NCBI GenBank assembly: GCA_963716725.1
Contig: CAVQUB010000033.1
Location: 1 to 64,000, forward strand
Length of the DNA: 64,000 nucleotides
Origin: an uncultured delta proteobacterium
GTDB taxonomy: Bacteria > Myxococcota_A > Polyangia > Polyangiales > Polyangiaceae
Direction: 5' to 3'
The notes beneath the pieces were generated by a model. It was not told the origin of the DNA and ran no database searches. It was given only the letters and a program-made list of their open reading frames with translations. The position numbers and the translations under genes were made by a program. Of this stretch, positions 9,674 through 20,576 are shown in pieces. Positions within the stretch are counted from its first letter, which is position 1; each line of letters starts with the position of its first letter.

Positions 9674-11661
9674 GTCTTGGCCTCAGGGAGCGCCTTCAGC
9701 TCCGCTTCATCGAGCAAGGCGCGCTCCGCATCGATGCGGAAACCGCGAACGCTCTGCTCGAGCTCGTCCGCGAGTCGTTGGAGGGCGTCGCCTTGGGCGA
9801 CGGCGTTTTCGCTGGACAAGAGCACGGCGCCGGCGATTCGCTGCACTGCGTCCATGTTGCGCGCGATCTCGTCGGAGGCGATGGCCTGCTCCTGAACGGC
9901 CGCGGCGGTATCGTCCACGACGCTGATCAGCGTCTTGAGATCGGCGAGGGTGGTCTCGACCAGGCCCGTGCCTTCTTCGACGACCTGCGTTCCGTCCTTC
10001 ATCACGCTCACCGCCTCGGTGGTCTGATCGCGGATGGTCGCGATCAGATCCTCGATGTCGCGTGCGCTCTGGCCGGTGCGCTTTGCCAGTGAGCTCACCT
10101 CGTCGGCCACCACGGCAAAGCCGCGGCCGTGCTCGCCGGCGTGCGCGGCCTCGATGGCGGCGTTCAGGGCCAGCATCGTGGTCTGCTCGCTGATCTGTCG
10201 GATCACCTCGACGATGTTGCCGATGCGCTTGCCGCTCTCGCCCAGCGCGCTGATGCGCTGGGCGGCTTCGTCGACGACGCGGCGGATCTGCTGAAGGCGC
10301 TGGATGGCGCGGGTCACGGCCTCGCCGCTCTGCTTGGCAGTGCGCGTTGCCTCCGCGGCGTTCTCGGCCACCTGCTGGATAGACGAGGACAGCTCGGTCA
10401 CCGCCGCCGTCGAGTTCGAGATCTTGCCGGCCTGCTCCTTGGCACCGTCGAGCATCTGCTTGCTCACGCTGGAGATCTCGCCGCTGGAGGCGTTCACTTG
10501 GAAAGCCGATCGCTGCACGCCCGCCGCCAAGCTGTGGATCTTGGCGAAGACGCGGTTCAGGTTTCCGGCGAGCACCCCCAGTTCGTCGTTGGTCTCGACC
10601 GTGAGTCGCTTGGACAGGTCGGCGCGTCCCTGGGTGAGGCCCTCGGTGGCTTCGATGTAGCGGCGCAGCGGCCGGGTGATCTGCACCGCCAGCAAGTAGC
10701 CAAGCAAGAGCGCCACCGCGAGGGCGATGGCAAACACCACGGCCATGTCGCCGATGGCGTCGCGGATCTTCGCGGCCTGGTGCTCGCGGGTGCGCACCAT
10801 GTACAGCGTGCCGATCTTGCTGCTGTCCGGGTCACCGTTGCGCTCGTAGCCGAAGACGGGCTCGCTCCACACGTCCCAGGTCTTGCTCGAAAACTCCAAG
10901 ATTGGCACTTGCTGGTCGCCCTCCTTGGCCGTCTTCGGGGTCCTGGCCGCCTCGGCCAGGGGCTCGCGCTCATCCTTGCCCAGCGCGCTGGCGACGACTT
11001 TGTCCCCGGACACCAGGGCAAAGCGGTGCTGCTTGTCCGGCTTGTCACTGCCGCTGTTGGCCGCCACGTCCGCGAACCAAGTGTCCAGTTGCATGGCGAT
11101 GAGCACGGTGCCCACGATGCGCTCGCCGCCGGGCGCGCCCGGGGCTTGGGGTTCGCTGCGGCGCACGGTCGCTCCAGCAACGCGATACGCTTTGCCGTTG
11201 ATCAGCGCGAGCTTGCCGCGGACGGGCTTGCCTTCACGCAGATCGGAGTAGAGGCGCGTGGCGCGGTACTCGGCGCCGGGCAGCGTCTTGATGCCGCCGA
11301 CCGGATGCGTATTGCCCGAGGCGTCGGAGATCACGACCAGATCCGGCGCGACCGTGCTCTGGAGCGGCTCCATCAAGCGTTTGATGGTGTCGCCGACCAG
11401 TGCGGCTTCGCCGCCGTCGAGGGCTTGACCGAGGGCGGGGTCACTCGCGATGACGCGCGAGATGGCGTAGTCGTTGGTGCCCAGGCTCTGCAGGTTGGAC
11501 TTGTAGCGTTCGTAGTGCTTTTGCAGCACCGGGCCGCCGCGACCGCCGGTGCTGGTGACGGCGTCGAAGGCTGCCCACGCTCCGAGGGCCAGCACCATCA
11601 CCGACACGGCGACGATCGTGCCCATGATCTTGCCGCGCACACTGAGCTTCGGGCCGCGCAT
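9670..11661 (-). CDS. Methyl-accepting chemotaxis protein (TM-sensor-TM-HAMP-signalling domain)
   Basis: ITRPLRR...DLSKRL...[12 protein letters not shown]; hairpin-tip motif [33 protein letters not shown]. Confidence 0.95.
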   Translation of the reverse strand: MRGPKLSVRGKIMGTIVAVSVMVLALGAWAAFDAVTSTGGRGGPVLQKHYERYKSNLQSLGTNDYAISRVIASDPALGQALDGGEAALVGDTIKRLMEPLQSTVAPDLVVISDASGNTHPVGGIKTLPGAEYRATRLYSDLREGKPVRGKLALINGKAYRVAGATVRRSEPQAPGAPGGERIVGTVLIAMQLDTWFADVAANSGSDKPDKQHRFALVSGDKVVASALGKDEREPLAEAARTPKTAKEGDQQVPILEFSSKTWDVWSEPVFGYERNGDPDSSKIGTLYMVRTREHQAAKIRDAIGDMAVVFAIALAVALLLGYLLAVQITRPLRRYIEATEGLTQGRADLSKRLTVETNDELGVLAGNLNRVFAKIHSLAAGVQRSAFQVNASSGEISSVSKQMLDGAKEQAGKISNSTAAVTELSSSIQQVAENAAEATRTAKQSGEAVTRAIQRLQQIRRVVDEAAQRISALGESGKRIGNIVEVIRQISEQTTMLALNAAIEAAHAGEHGRGFAVVADEVSSLAKRTGQSARDIEDLIATIRDQTTEAVSVMKDGTQVVEEGTGLVETTLADLKTLISVVDDTAAAVQEQAIASDEIARNMDAVQRIAGAVLLSSENAVAQGDALQRLADELEQSVRGFRIDAERALLDEAELKALPEAKT

Positions 11662-11712
11662 CGGGCGAGAAGCTACCTCCCAGGGGGTGGAGCTGTAAAA
11701 TCTCCTGAGAGA

Positions 11713-12909
11713 TCAGCGCCGGGCCGCCCGATAGCCGCGGTTTTGGGCCCAGGACGCGGCCACGATCAGCACGGCCGCCCCGAGTCCCACGCTCGACAGC
11801 ACGGTCGGGTTGGCCCCGACCAGGCCGAGCGCCACGCCCCCGACCAGCGACGCCCCGGGCACCGTGAGGCCGATGACGACGGTGCGGGCGAAGGCCCGGC
11901 GCGAGGCCGGCATCGCTTCGTAGAGCAGGTTGGCCACCGGAGTGCGCAGCGCGTTGCGAAGCTCGCCTTCGACCAGCCGCGCTGACAGAGCAACGGTGAC
12001 CGACGCGGGCCCGAAGCTGAGGGCGACCTGGGCGGCGAGGTAGAGCATCGACCATGTGCTGTTCAACCACCCGAGGCCGCCGGCGCCGAGCAGGCGCCCC
12101 ACCACCAGGAGCTGGAGGACAAACGCGATCAGGTTGGCGCCGGTGAAGTAGGCGCCGAGCACTCGGTTCAAGTCGGCCTCCCCGTAGGCACGCTCGAGGA
12201 TCGCACCGCTCTGCGTGACCAGCGCGAGTCGCCCCAGCGCGAGGGCGACGGCGCCGACCACGATGGCGACGAGCAGGCCATTGCGTCGATCTTCTTCGGG
12301 GGTCGGCGGCGGTGAGCCGCGAAGGGAGGGCGGCGCGTGCGGGCTCGGTCGGATCGAGAGCAGCGCAGCGACGTAGAGGGCGGCCGCGAGTCCGATCAAC
12401 CAGTGCGAACCCAGGGCGGGACCGGCGAATACCAAGAGGGGTCCGGCCGCGATGCCGCCCAGTCGCCCGCCAGCGTGGATCACCGGCAGCGCGCGGGCCG
12501 CCGTGTTCCCGGGCCAGTCGGCGATGGTGAGCACGCCGAAGTGAATGGTCTTGAGACGAGCCACGGAGCTGACCACGACGTAGGCCGCGTACACGCCGGC
12601 CGCGCTGGAGAGCAGTGCGGCCGAACACGAGAGCAAGATGGCGCAAGCGATGGCGACCACGCGCATGGCACGCCCTGCGCTCGATCGCGCGAGCAGTCGC
12701 TCGAATCCCAGCGAGATCGCCACCTCGACGAGCGCTCGCACGGCGAGGGCGGTCGGCAGCGCGGCGGCTCCGACGCGGCTGAGGAAGGCCGAGAGCACCA
12801 CGCCCTCGGCCAGGATCTCCGCCCCGGTGGTCAGCGCCAGCAGGGTCCCGAGCCGACGGATACGGGGCATCGCCTCGGGATCGACTCCCAGGAGGCGGGC
12901 GGCGATCAC
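11713..12909 (-). CDS. MFS-like multi-pass membrane protein (resembles Npt/TLC-type transporter domains)
   Basis: About 12 hydrophobic segments; motifs SAFLSRVGAAALP, ARALPVIHAGGRLGGIAAG, LRTPVANLLYEAMP; GTG 12909 overlaps the kinase stop (alternative ATG 12870). Confidence 0.7.
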   Translation of the reverse strand: MIAARLLGVDPEAMPRIRRLGTLLALTTGAEILAEGVVLSAFLSRVGAAALPTALAVRALVEVAISLGFERLLARSSAGRAMRVVAIACAILLSCSAALLSSAAGVYAAYVVVSSVARLKTIHFGVLTIADWPGNTAARALPVIHAGGRLGGIAAGPLLVFAGPALGSHWLIGLAAALYVAALLSIRPSPHAPPSLRGSPPPTPEEDRRNGLLVAIVVGAVALALGRLALVTQSGAILERAYGEADLNRVLGAYFTGANLIAFVLQLLVVGRLLGAGGLGWLNSTWSMLYLAAQVALSFGPASVTVALSARLVEGELRNALRTPVANLLYEAMPASRRAFARTVVIGLTVPGASLVGGVALGLVGANPTVLSSVGLGAAVLIVAASWAQNRGYRAARR

Positions 12910-15900
12910 GCGCGCTTGCTCACGGGCTCGGGAGCTACCCGCTTGCTGCCGAGCGGCCAAGTCGCGTGCGTCAGTTTCCGCCCGGCCTGCGCCAGGGCCT
13001 TTCGGATCTCGGTCACGCTGGGACGGGCGCGCGAATCGCGCCGGAGGCACGCGGCGAGCACCAGCGCAACGTCCCCTAGATCCGGCAGCTGGCTGAGCGC
13101 GGCGAGTCGCTCCGGCCAGCCGTCATGCGACAGGTGATGCGAGAGCATCGACGTCTCGTCCGGACCCTGGAACAGCGCGCCCCCCGTCAGCACCTCGAAA
13201 GCCAAGCAAGAGAACGCGTAGACATCGGCCGAGAGCGGGCTCGGCGTGTATCCCTCCGGCGCGATGCCAATGACCTCAGGGGCGCAGTAGTCGAGGGTGC
13301 CGCAGCCCGGACGCAGCTTGCGGCCGCTCAGCCCAAAGTCCACCAGCACCGGGGTGTCTCCGTCCCGCACGATCACGTTGGAAGGCTTGATGTCCAGGTG
13401 GCCGACGCCGGCGCTGTGCATCGCCTCGAGTCCGGCGAGGATCCCGTCGAGGTGCGAGAGCGCGCGTTGGACGGTCAGCGAGCGGCTGCGGACCAGACGT
13501 TCCAGCCCCGCGCCGCGGATCAGCTCCATCACCAAGATGGGCTTGGGCCGGGCGGCCATGTCGAAAGTCACGAAGCGCGCGAGGTTCTCGTGGTGCGGCA
13601 GTGAGAGGAGCGCGCCGGCTTCGTCGCGAAACATTTCCATGAACTCCTGCTCGGACAGGCTGCGCGCCGTCGCCGGGTCGAACTGAGGCACCTTCAGCGC
13701 GAAGCTCTCGGCCTTCGAGTCGTGGCGTTCCTCGAGCCGTCGGGCGACGAACACCGAGCTCACTCCGCCGGCTCCGAGCGGGCGCACCACCCAAAAGGCG
13801 CCCAGGGTGCGGCGGGGCAAGAGCCAGTCCGGGAGCTCGGCTCGGCGGCGGCCGAGCGGGATCGCGACGATGTCAGTGGGCGCGACGGCCGGCAGGTTCG
13901 TGACACGGGACAGGACGCTGGCGATCGCCGTCGAGATCGGACCGGGGATTTCCCGGAGCAGCTCAGCCAGGGCGGCGGCGAATTGGTCGGCGTTCGGCGG
14001 AACGGAAGCGCTCACCGCGCGTTCGAGCAAGAGCGGGAGCGTGGGCAGGTCGGCGACGACCTCCGCCGCGTCGGGCTCTTGACCGAGGACGCGCCGGTTC
14101 GCGCCCGCGGCGAGGGTCCGGAGCGCGTCGAGCGCGTGCTCGAGGTCGTCAATGGCAGAGGTGCTCGCTGTCTCTTCGCCGATGTCCGAGATCCCGCGAG
14201 CGGCGAGGATGGCTTCGAGGGATCTCGCCACGCGCAGCACCGTGCCGCGCAGCGCCTCGGCGCGGTGGGAGCCGCCGGCGGCGAGGCCGGCGCTGAGCCC
14301 GAACATGCGTCGAGCCGCCGTCGCGGCCCTGGCATCGCCTTGGAGGCTGATGGTTTCGGTGTCGTGGGTGCTCTCGGCGCGCGAGTCGACCCCACCCGTC
14401 GATGGATCGAGGAAGCCGGCGTAAGCACCGAGCACGGCGCTGACGTCCTCGTTGGTGCTGGCTTCGCCCAGGGTCAGGATGGAATGGCGATCGGCGAGGC
14501 GATCGGCGACGAGCAGGAATACGTCGCTCGGCTCGGCGACACCTTCGCGGACCGCCGCGTCGCAAGCGCGCGCCAACGTCGCGCACACGATTCGGTGCAC
14601 CGAAGCGTCGGGCCCCGCCGCAAGGCGTCGGAGCAAGACGTCCAGCGCTCGCCGGACGCGCCCGCGCAACCTCGAGGCGGCTTCGTCCACGTCCGCGTGA
14701 GCCGTCTCGGTGTCGACCAAGTGGAGCAGGGCGCGCAGTCGGCGCTGATTGCCGAGGGATCCCAGCCGCGACCAGGCCGCGTCCATTTCGTTCTCTTCGG
14801 CGTCGAGCAGCCAGTTGCCCAGTCGATCGAAGAGGCGGTCCATCTCGGGCAAGCTGGCGTCGGAGTCGCCGGGTCGCTTGCCGAGCAGCAAGAGCTCCGA
14901 CAGCCGGCTCGATTCGAGGGCGAGACCATCGATGTCGCCCAGAAGCGAGATCGATTCCGGCAGCAATCCGCTGTCGTGGGCGTCGAGAGCGAGCAGACGA
15001 TCGAGGGCAGTGCCTGCCCGGGCCGCCGCTTCGAGGGCGTGGTCGTGGGCCCCCCGAGCGCCGTCCGTCTCGAAAGCGACCATGGCTCGGCGCAGCGACT
15101 CTGCGAGTCCCTCTTCGCCGCCATCGCGGTCGAGGTTGGCGAGCGTTCGTTGGGTGATCCCGCGCAGGGCCGGGGGATCGCTGTCGAGCTTGGAGGCCAG
15201 CACCGAGCGCAGCATGTCGGCTGCGCGGCTGCCGAAACGCGAGGGGCCGAGCTCCGCGAACAGTTGAGCCACGGCCTCGGCGACGTCGGGTCGTCGTGAT
15301 GCGGCGAGCAGGTCCAAGAGCTGCTCTGCCGCGTCGGGCTCTGCTTCGATGACCGGCCCCAGTCCCCAGATCATCGTCGCCGCGATGCCCGGGTCCCGCT
15401 GCAGCATCTCGCTCTTGAGCAAGCGCTGACAGGCCTTGAGCCCGCCTGCTGCATCGGTCGCCATGGTGGCCACCAGCGAGACCGCCGCACGCCGCCATTC
15501 GGTGGGCGAGAGCTGGGGATCGAGCGAGAGATCGATCTGCTCGCGCAGCTGTGCGTCGACGGTGGACAAGAGGCCCCGGGACACGGCGGCGTGGCGCCAC
15601 ACGAGGGGTTCGCGATCGGAGAGTAGGCGGCGTCGAACGGGCCGGACGACCTCGCCGGCGAGCAGCTCCCGGGGCAGGGCGTCTCCCTGTTGCGAGCGCA
15701 TGACGGCCTCGCGTGCGGCGCGTTCGAGGATCCGCGCTGCCATGCGCCGCGCGGGCAGCGCTGCGAAGCTCGGGCGGATCATCCAGCGCTCGGCCAGCTC
15801 CCGCCGCGTGGCCAGCGTGAGCGCGAGGGCATCGCCATCCACGCCCGAGCCGATGGGGAAGTCGACGACCAAGCCCACTCGCGCGCGCATGGTGGCGGGC

Positions 15901-16289
15901 TCGAGGGCCTTGGCGGAGCCGAGGGCCATGCGCGTCGCGACGGCGGCGAAGGTGCCGGCGGTACCCTCGTACAGCCGAGTGAGCACTCGGCGCCCGAGCT
16001 CTCGCCGCTCCGGCCCCGCGGGCAGCGCCATCATTATCTCGTAGAGGGCGACGGTGCCCGGCCCCGGCGCGACGAAGTCCAGGTCGTCTGCCAGCCCTTG
16101 GTCGAAGGCGACGCGTAGCGCGTGGGCCAGTGTCTGCGGATCCACGCCGTCGAGCGGGGGCGGCCCCGTGACCCGCATTTGCTGACCGAGGGCGGCCACC
16201 GCCTGCCGAAAGCTCGCCGCCCGTTCCAGGGGATCGGGGAGCCTGCCCACTGCCAGGAGCGCAGTCGCTGGATTGATGCGTCCGCGCAT
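12906..16289 (-). CDS. Ser/Thr protein kinase with ~840-aa helical N-terminal region and C-terminal kinase domain
   Basis: LGAGGVSSV, FALK, HLDIKPSN, VDFG, GTLDYCAPE, DVYAF. Confidence 0.9.
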   Translation of the reverse strand: MRGRINPATALLAVGRLPDPLERAASFRQAVAALGQQMRVTGPPPLDGVDPQTLAHALRVAFDQGLADDLDFVAPGPGTVALYEIMMALPAGPERRELGRRVLTRLYEGTAGTFAAVATRMALGSAKALEPATMRARVGLVVDFPIGSGVDGDALALTLATRRELAERWMIRPSFAALPARRMAARILERAAREAVMRSQQGDALPRELLAGEVVRPVRRRLLSDREPLVWRHAAVSRGLLSTVDAQLREQIDLSLDPQLSPTEWRRAAVSLVATMATDAAGGLKACQRLLKSEMLQRDPGIAATMIWGLGPVIEAEPDAAEQLLDLLAASRRPDVAEAVAQLFAELGPSRFGSRAADMLRSVLASKLDSDPPALRGITQRTLANLDRDGGEEGLAESLRRAMVAFETDGARGAHDHALEAAARAGTALDRLLALDAHDSGLLPESISLLGDIDGLALESSRLSELLLLGKRPGDSDASLPEMDRLFDRLGNWLLDAEENEMDAAWSRLGSLGNQRRLRALLHLVDTETAHADVDEAASRLRGRVRRALDVLLRRLAAGPDASVHRIVCATLARACDAAVREGVAEPSDVFLLVADRLADRHSILTLGEASTNEDVSAVLGAYAGFLDPSTGGVDSRAESTHDTETISLQGDARAATAARRMFGLSAGLAAGGSHRAEALRGTVLRVARSLEAILAARGISDIGEETASTSAIDDLEHALDALRTLAAGANRRVLGQEPDAAEVVADLPTLPLLLERAVSASVPPNADQFAAALAELLREIPGPISTAIASVLSRVTNLPAVAPTDIVAIPLGRRRAELPDWLLPRRTLGAFWVVRPLGAGGVSSVFVARRLEERHDSKAESFALKVPQFDPATARSLSEQEFMEMFRDEAGALLSLPHHENLARFVTFDMAARPKPILVMELIRGAGLERLVRSRSLTVQRALSHLDGILAGLEAMHSAGVGHLDIKPSNVIVRDGDTPVLVDFGLSGRKLRPGCGTLDYCAPEVIGIAPEGYTPSPLSADVYAFSCLAFEVLTGGALFQGPDETSMLSHHLSHDGWPERLAALSQLPDLGDVALVLAACLRRDSRARPSVTEIRKALAQAGRKLTHATWPLGSKRVAPEPVSKRA

Positions 16290-16420
16290 CTGGACCCGAG
16301 AGGATATCTCACCGGGAGCGCAGGGGAAAAAGCCAGGACGAGAACCGCTGTTCACGCCCCGGATCGGGTCGGCGCGTCCACGGTCCCAGGGTCCACTGGG
16401 GAAATGCGGGGAATACTGCC

Positions 16421-16436
16421 TGGCCCGGTCCTTGAA
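16421..16436 (+). promoter_or_regulatory. Possible sigma54-like promoter (TGGCCCG-N4-TTGAA)
   Basis: Correct -24/-12 spacing but GA instead of GC at -12; 32 bp upstream of ATG 16469. Confidence 0.35.
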
Positions 16437-16468
16437 AGGGAGCTCTGCGAGCCGGGAGACAAGACATC

Positions 16469-17455
16469 ATGAACAAGTGGTTTTCGATAGCGGGCGTATT
16501 CGTGGCGGTGGCGGCCTCTTCTCAGGCCTGCGTGCTCAAATCGGAGGACGACGCCTCGAGGTTCCAGGAGGTCATTCCCCGAGCCGACCACGTGAAGGTC
16601 GCCGGCCCCGAAGACACCCAGGGCAGCGGCAGCTCGTCGCAGAGCATCCAGTCCGACGAGCCGTGGGCCAATGGCCCTTGGGCGAAGTACTACGGGTTCA
16701 CCCGGCACGTTCGCAAGAGCGTGAACCAGGTCGCCGGCGCGGTGCTCGGCAGCGTGTGGATCATCGTTCACACGAAGCCCACCAGCGTGGACGAGAAGGA
16801 AGCCACCTGGGGTCCGTGGACGGACTCGCTCGAGCCGGTGACCTATCAGTTCCGAGTCACCGAAGTGGCGGAGGACGAATACGAGTACCGCCTCGAGGGT
16901 CGTCCGAAGAACACTCAGGGCGAGTTCAGGACAGTTCTGCTCGGCAAGGGTTGGGGCAAAGGGCACACCAGCCACGGGGACGGTTCCTTCATGCTCGACC
17001 TGGATGTGGCCCACGAGCTCGATCCCTTCAACGGCGAGACGGGCAAGGTCAAGATCACCCACGACCTGCCGCCCAACATCACCTCGGATCTGTTCTCGCA
17101 GCCGCGGACCATCACGGCCGAGGTGACGCCCAGCGGCACCGACGAGTGGTACACCGTGACGAGCAAGAGCGAAGCCGACGGCACCGGCACGCTGAAGGTC
17201 GACGCCTTCACCGACGCCGACGACAGCAACACCACCAAGAAGGAAGACATCCTGATCCTGAGCCAGTGGAACGCCACCGGCGCGGGTCGGGCGGACATCA
17301 CGCTGACCGGCGGCGATCTGCCCTTCGAGAAGGTGAGCGCGGTCGAGTGCTGGGGCTCGGACTTCTTCCAGGTCTACTACGAGGACTCCGTCGGATACGC
17401 CTCGAAGGAGGGCGACGTCAGCGCCTGCGCCTACGCGAGCCCAGTGTCGCCCTGA
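16469..17455 (+). CDS. Hypothetical lipoprotein (beta-rich)
   Basis: SD GGAG; signal peptide ending SQAC; GC3-rich coding-like codon usage. Confidence 0.85.
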   Translation: MNKWFSIAGVFVAVAASSQACVLKSEDDASRFQEVIPRADHVKVAGPEDTQGSGSSSQSIQSDEPWANGPWAKYYGFTRHVRKSVNQVAGAVLGSVWIIVHTKPTSVDEKEATWGPWTDSLEPVTYQFRVTEVAEDEYEYRLEGRPKNTQGEFRTVLLGKGWGKGHTSHGDGSFMLDLDVAHELDPFNGETGKVKITHDLPPNITSDLFSQPRTITAEVTPSGTDEWYTVTSKSEADGTGTLKVDAFTDADDSNTTKKEDILILSQWNATGAGRADITLTGGDLPFEKVSAVECWGSDFFQVYYEDSVGYASKEGDVSACAYASPVSP

Positions 17456-17475
17456 CCAGCCCCAGTCTCGACGCT

Positions 17476-17509
17476 TCCCCCTCTTCCAGCCCGGGAGAGG
17501 GGGATTTGT
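17476..17509 (+). terminator. Intrinsic terminator-like hairpin
   Basis: tccccctcttcc-agccc-gggagaggggga followed by tttgt. Confidence 0.6.
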
Positions 17510-17546
17510 CGTCCATTGGGCAGACACTTCCTTTAGCCTTCGCGTC

Positions 17547-18935
17547 ATGCAGAAGGTCGGTCTCGTGGGGTTGGCGGTGATGGGGGAGAACCTGGCCCTC
17601 AACATCGAAGAGAAGGGGTTCCCGATAGCGGTCTTCAACCGCTCGGTGGACAAGGTCGACGCCTTCGTGGCGGCGAACCCCGGCAAGAACATCGTCGGCT
17701 GCCGATCGCCGGCAGAGCTCTGCGCCGCCCTCGAGCGCCCGCGCAAGATCATCATGATGGTCAAGGCGGGGCGCCCGGTCGACGACACCATCGCCAGCCT
17801 GATGCCCTACCTGGAACCCGATGATCTCTTGATCGACGGCGGCAACGAGTTCTTCGCCAACACCGAGCGACGCAGCAAGGAGCTCGCGGTTCGCTTCGTC
17901 GGCATGGGCGTCTCGGGCGGCGAGGAAGGCGCGCGCCACGGGCCGTCGATGATGCCCGGCGGGCCCAAGAGCGCCTACGACGAGCTGGCGCCCATCCTCA
18001 CCAAGATCGCCGCGCAAGTGGACGACGGCCCCTGCGTGGACTGGATGGGACCGGGCGGTGCCGGGCACTACGTGAAGATGGTCCACAACGGCATCGAGTA
18101 CGGCGACATGCAGCTCATCGCCGAGGCCTACGACGTGCTCAAGACCCTGGGCGGCCTGGGCAACGATCAGCTCGCGGATCTCTTCGCGGAGTGGAACAGC
18201 GGCGAGCTCGAGTCGTTCCTGATCGAAATCACCAGCAAGATCTTCCGCAAGCGGGACGATCTCGGCGACGGCCATCTGGTCGACAAGATCGTGGACGCCA
18301 CCGGCATGAAGGGCACCGGCAAGTGGACGGTGCAACAGGCCGCTGAGCTCGGCTCCCCGATCCCGACCATCGCCAGCTCGGTGGAGGCGCGCATGCTCTC
18401 GGCCATGAAGGCCGACCGCGTCGCGGCCTCCAAGCTGATTGAAGGGCGCACCCTGCCCACCGGCGCCATCGATCCGAAGCAGCTCGCCGAGGACGTGCGC
18501 CACGCGCTCTACGCCGCCAAGGTGCAGAGCTACGCCCAAGGCATGAACCTGCTCCGCGCAGCCTCCACCGAGCACGGCTGGGATCTGCGGCTCGGCGCCA
18601 TCGCGCGCATCTGGAAGGGTGGCTGCATCATCCGAGCCCGCTTCCTCGATCGGATCAAGCGCGCTTACGATCGCAACGCCGATCTGCCGAGCCTGCTGGT
18701 CGACGCCGAGTTTTCGCGGGAGCTCGCGGAGCGACAGCTCGCGTGGCGCCGGGTCGTCGCGTTGGCGGTGCAGGCGGGCGTTCCGGTGCCCACCTTCTCG
18801 GGCTCCTTGGCCTACTTCGACGGCTATCGACGGGAGCGCTTGCCCGCCAACTTGCTCCAGGCCCAGCGCGACTTCTTCGGCGCCCACACCTACCAGCGTA
18901 TCGATCGAGAGGGCGCGTTCCACACCGAATGGTGA
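17547..18935 (+). CDS. gnd: NADP-dependent 6-phosphogluconate dehydrogenase (decarboxylating)
   Basis: GLAVMGENLALN, GMGVSGGEEGA, KMVHNGIEYGDMQLIAE, KGTGKWT, QAQRDFFGAHTY. Confidence 0.97.
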   Translation: MQKVGLVGLAVMGENLALNIEEKGFPIAVFNRSVDKVDAFVAANPGKNIVGCRSPAELCAALERPRKIIMMVKAGRPVDDTIASLMPYLEPDDLLIDGGNEFFANTERRSKELAVRFVGMGVSGGEEGARHGPSMMPGGPKSAYDELAPILTKIAAQVDDGPCVDWMGPGGAGHYVKMVHNGIEYGDMQLIAEAYDVLKTLGGLGNDQLADLFAEWNSGELESFLIEITSKIFRKRDDLGDGHLVDKIVDATGMKGTGKWTVQQAAELGSPIPTIASSVEARMLSAMKADRVAASKLIEGRTLPTGAIDPKQLAEDVRHALYAAKVQSYAQGMNLLRAASTEHGWDLRLGAIARIWKGGCIIRARFLDRIKRAYDRNADLPSLLVDAEFSRELAERQLAWRRVVALAVQAGVPVPTFSGSLAYFDGYRRERLPANLLQAQRDFFGAHTYQRIDREGAFHTEW

Positions 18936-19001
18936 CCGGTGTGCTCCAAGGTGCGCAGAAGATTACTTAGACGGCTCTCCCCACTTTGATAAGATCACGG
19001 G

Positions 19002-20498
19002 ATGTCCGTACGTGCACGCATCATCACGGGGCTCGCCGTCGTCACCCTCTTTGCCGGCACCGCTCTGGGGCCTCCGGGCTGCGGGAGCGACGACGAAGAG
19101 GACGCCAAGAAGACCAACAAAGACGCGTCGTCGGACACCTCGCCGGACGGCAGCGGGGGCAGCGCCGGTAGCGGCGGAGCGGCCGGAGCGGGCGGAACCG
19201 GCGGCGCGAACCCGAACTGCAAACTGGCCGGGGTGACCTGCGCCTCGAACGCCGACTGCTGCTCGGCCAACTGCGATCCGGCGACCAACGCCTGCGTGAA
19301 CCCCATCGGGACCTGCAAGAGCGCGGGTCAGGGCTGTTCGTCGCCCACCGAGTGCTGCACCCTGGTGTGCAACGGCGGCAGCTGCGGCGCCACGCTCTGC
19401 ACCTCCGACAACCAAGCGTGCACCAGCAGTGCGCAGTGCTGCAGCGGGAGCTGCGGCGACGCGGGCTGCGTCCCGCTCAACGGGAGCTGCAAGACCGCTG
19501 GCAACTCGTGCAGCGCGCACGGCGATTGCTGCTCGAAGCTCTGCAAGAACGGCAACTGCGCCGCGCAGCCGTCGTTCTGCACGCAACAGGGCGATCTGTG
19601 CTCGGTCAACACGGACTGCTGCACCGGGATCTGTACCAAGGCGAGCGGTTCCAGCGTCGGGACCTGCACGGAGCCCAAGGCGCCCGGCGCGACGGGTTGC
19701 CTCGTGGCCGGACAAGTCTGCGGCGAGGGAGCCAGCGCCGACGGCGGCGTCGTGAAGAACGACGCAGGCGTCCCGGTGTGCGGCGGCGAGTGCTGCAGCC
19801 GCTCCTGCGCACCCTACGGACCGACAGGCGTGCTGGTGTGTCAGCCGCCGAGCGGCTGCCGGCCGACCGGTGAGGTCTGCACGCAAGACTCGGATTGCTG
19901 CGGCTCGCCCGGGCTCCCGGGCGGTAATGGCTCGGTGAAGTGCAGCAAGGGCGCCGGCGAACCGGTGGGGCGCTGCGACAACGGCAACGCATGTCGCCCG
20001 TCGGGCGCGGTGTGCAAGCTGGCCTCCGGCAGCTGCAACGCCGAGAACAACTGCTGCGCGGGCAACGTGAACAAGGACCCGAGCGTCTGTCAGCAGGATC
20101 TCTTGGGGATCCCGCGCTGCACCGGCGTCGGCGACTGCACCGAGGCCGGATCGCAGGTGGGCAAGGCCTGCGCGACCAGCGCCGACTGCTGCGGGTTGCC
20201 GTGTTTGCCCAACGCCAACGCGGGCGACGGCGGAGCGACCTACATCTGCGGCTCGAGCTGCGTGCCGTCGGCCGGCGCCTGCACCACGGACGCCGATTGC
20301 TGCGCCGGGTTGCCCTGCAAGGCGCCCCCCGGATCGACCCAAGGCGTCTGCGGCTACAAAGACACCCCGGACGCAGGAACGGACAGCGGCAGCGACGCCG
20401 GTACCTGTGCGTACTACGGCCAGACGTGCACCGTCGCCGCCGACTGCTGCAACAACGTGCCGTGCACGAACGGCAAGTGCGTGTACAAGATCAACTGA
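19002..20498 (+). CDS. Cys-rich lipoprotein with 11 tandem C-C-CC-C-C modules
   Basis: Signal peptide ending PPGC, Gly linker, repeated Cx6Cx5CCx3C...C units. Confidence 0.85.
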   Translation: MSVRARIITGLAVVTLFAGTALGPPGCGSDDEEDAKKTNKDASSDTSPDGSGGSAGSGGAAGAGGTGGANPNCKLAGVTCASNADCCSANCDPATNACVNPIGTCKSAGQGCSSPTECCTLVCNGGSCGATLCTSDNQACTSSAQCCSGSCGDAGCVPLNGSCKTAGNSCSAHGDCCSKLCKNGNCAAQPSFCTQQGDLCSVNTDCCTGICTKASGSSVGTCTEPKAPGATGCLVAGQVCGEGASADGGVVKNDAGVPVCGGECCSRSCAPYGPTGVLVCQPPSGCRPTGEVCTQDSDCCGSPGLPGGNGSVKCSKGAGEPVGRCDNGNACRPSGAVCKLASGSCNAENNCCAGNVNKDPSVCQQDLLGIPRCTGVGDCTEAGSQVGKACATSADCCGLPCLPNANAGDGGATYICGSSCVPSAGACTTDADCCAGLPCKAPPGSTQGVCGYKDTPDAGTDSGSDAGTCAYYGQTCTVAADCCNNVPCTNGKCVYKIN

Positions 20499-20576
20499 AA
20501 GCGGACGCCTTTGTGGGCGTCCTGCGGCTCGCGCACTAGGCATAGCGCCCGGCGTGTATTAGGCACTCGGGCGACC

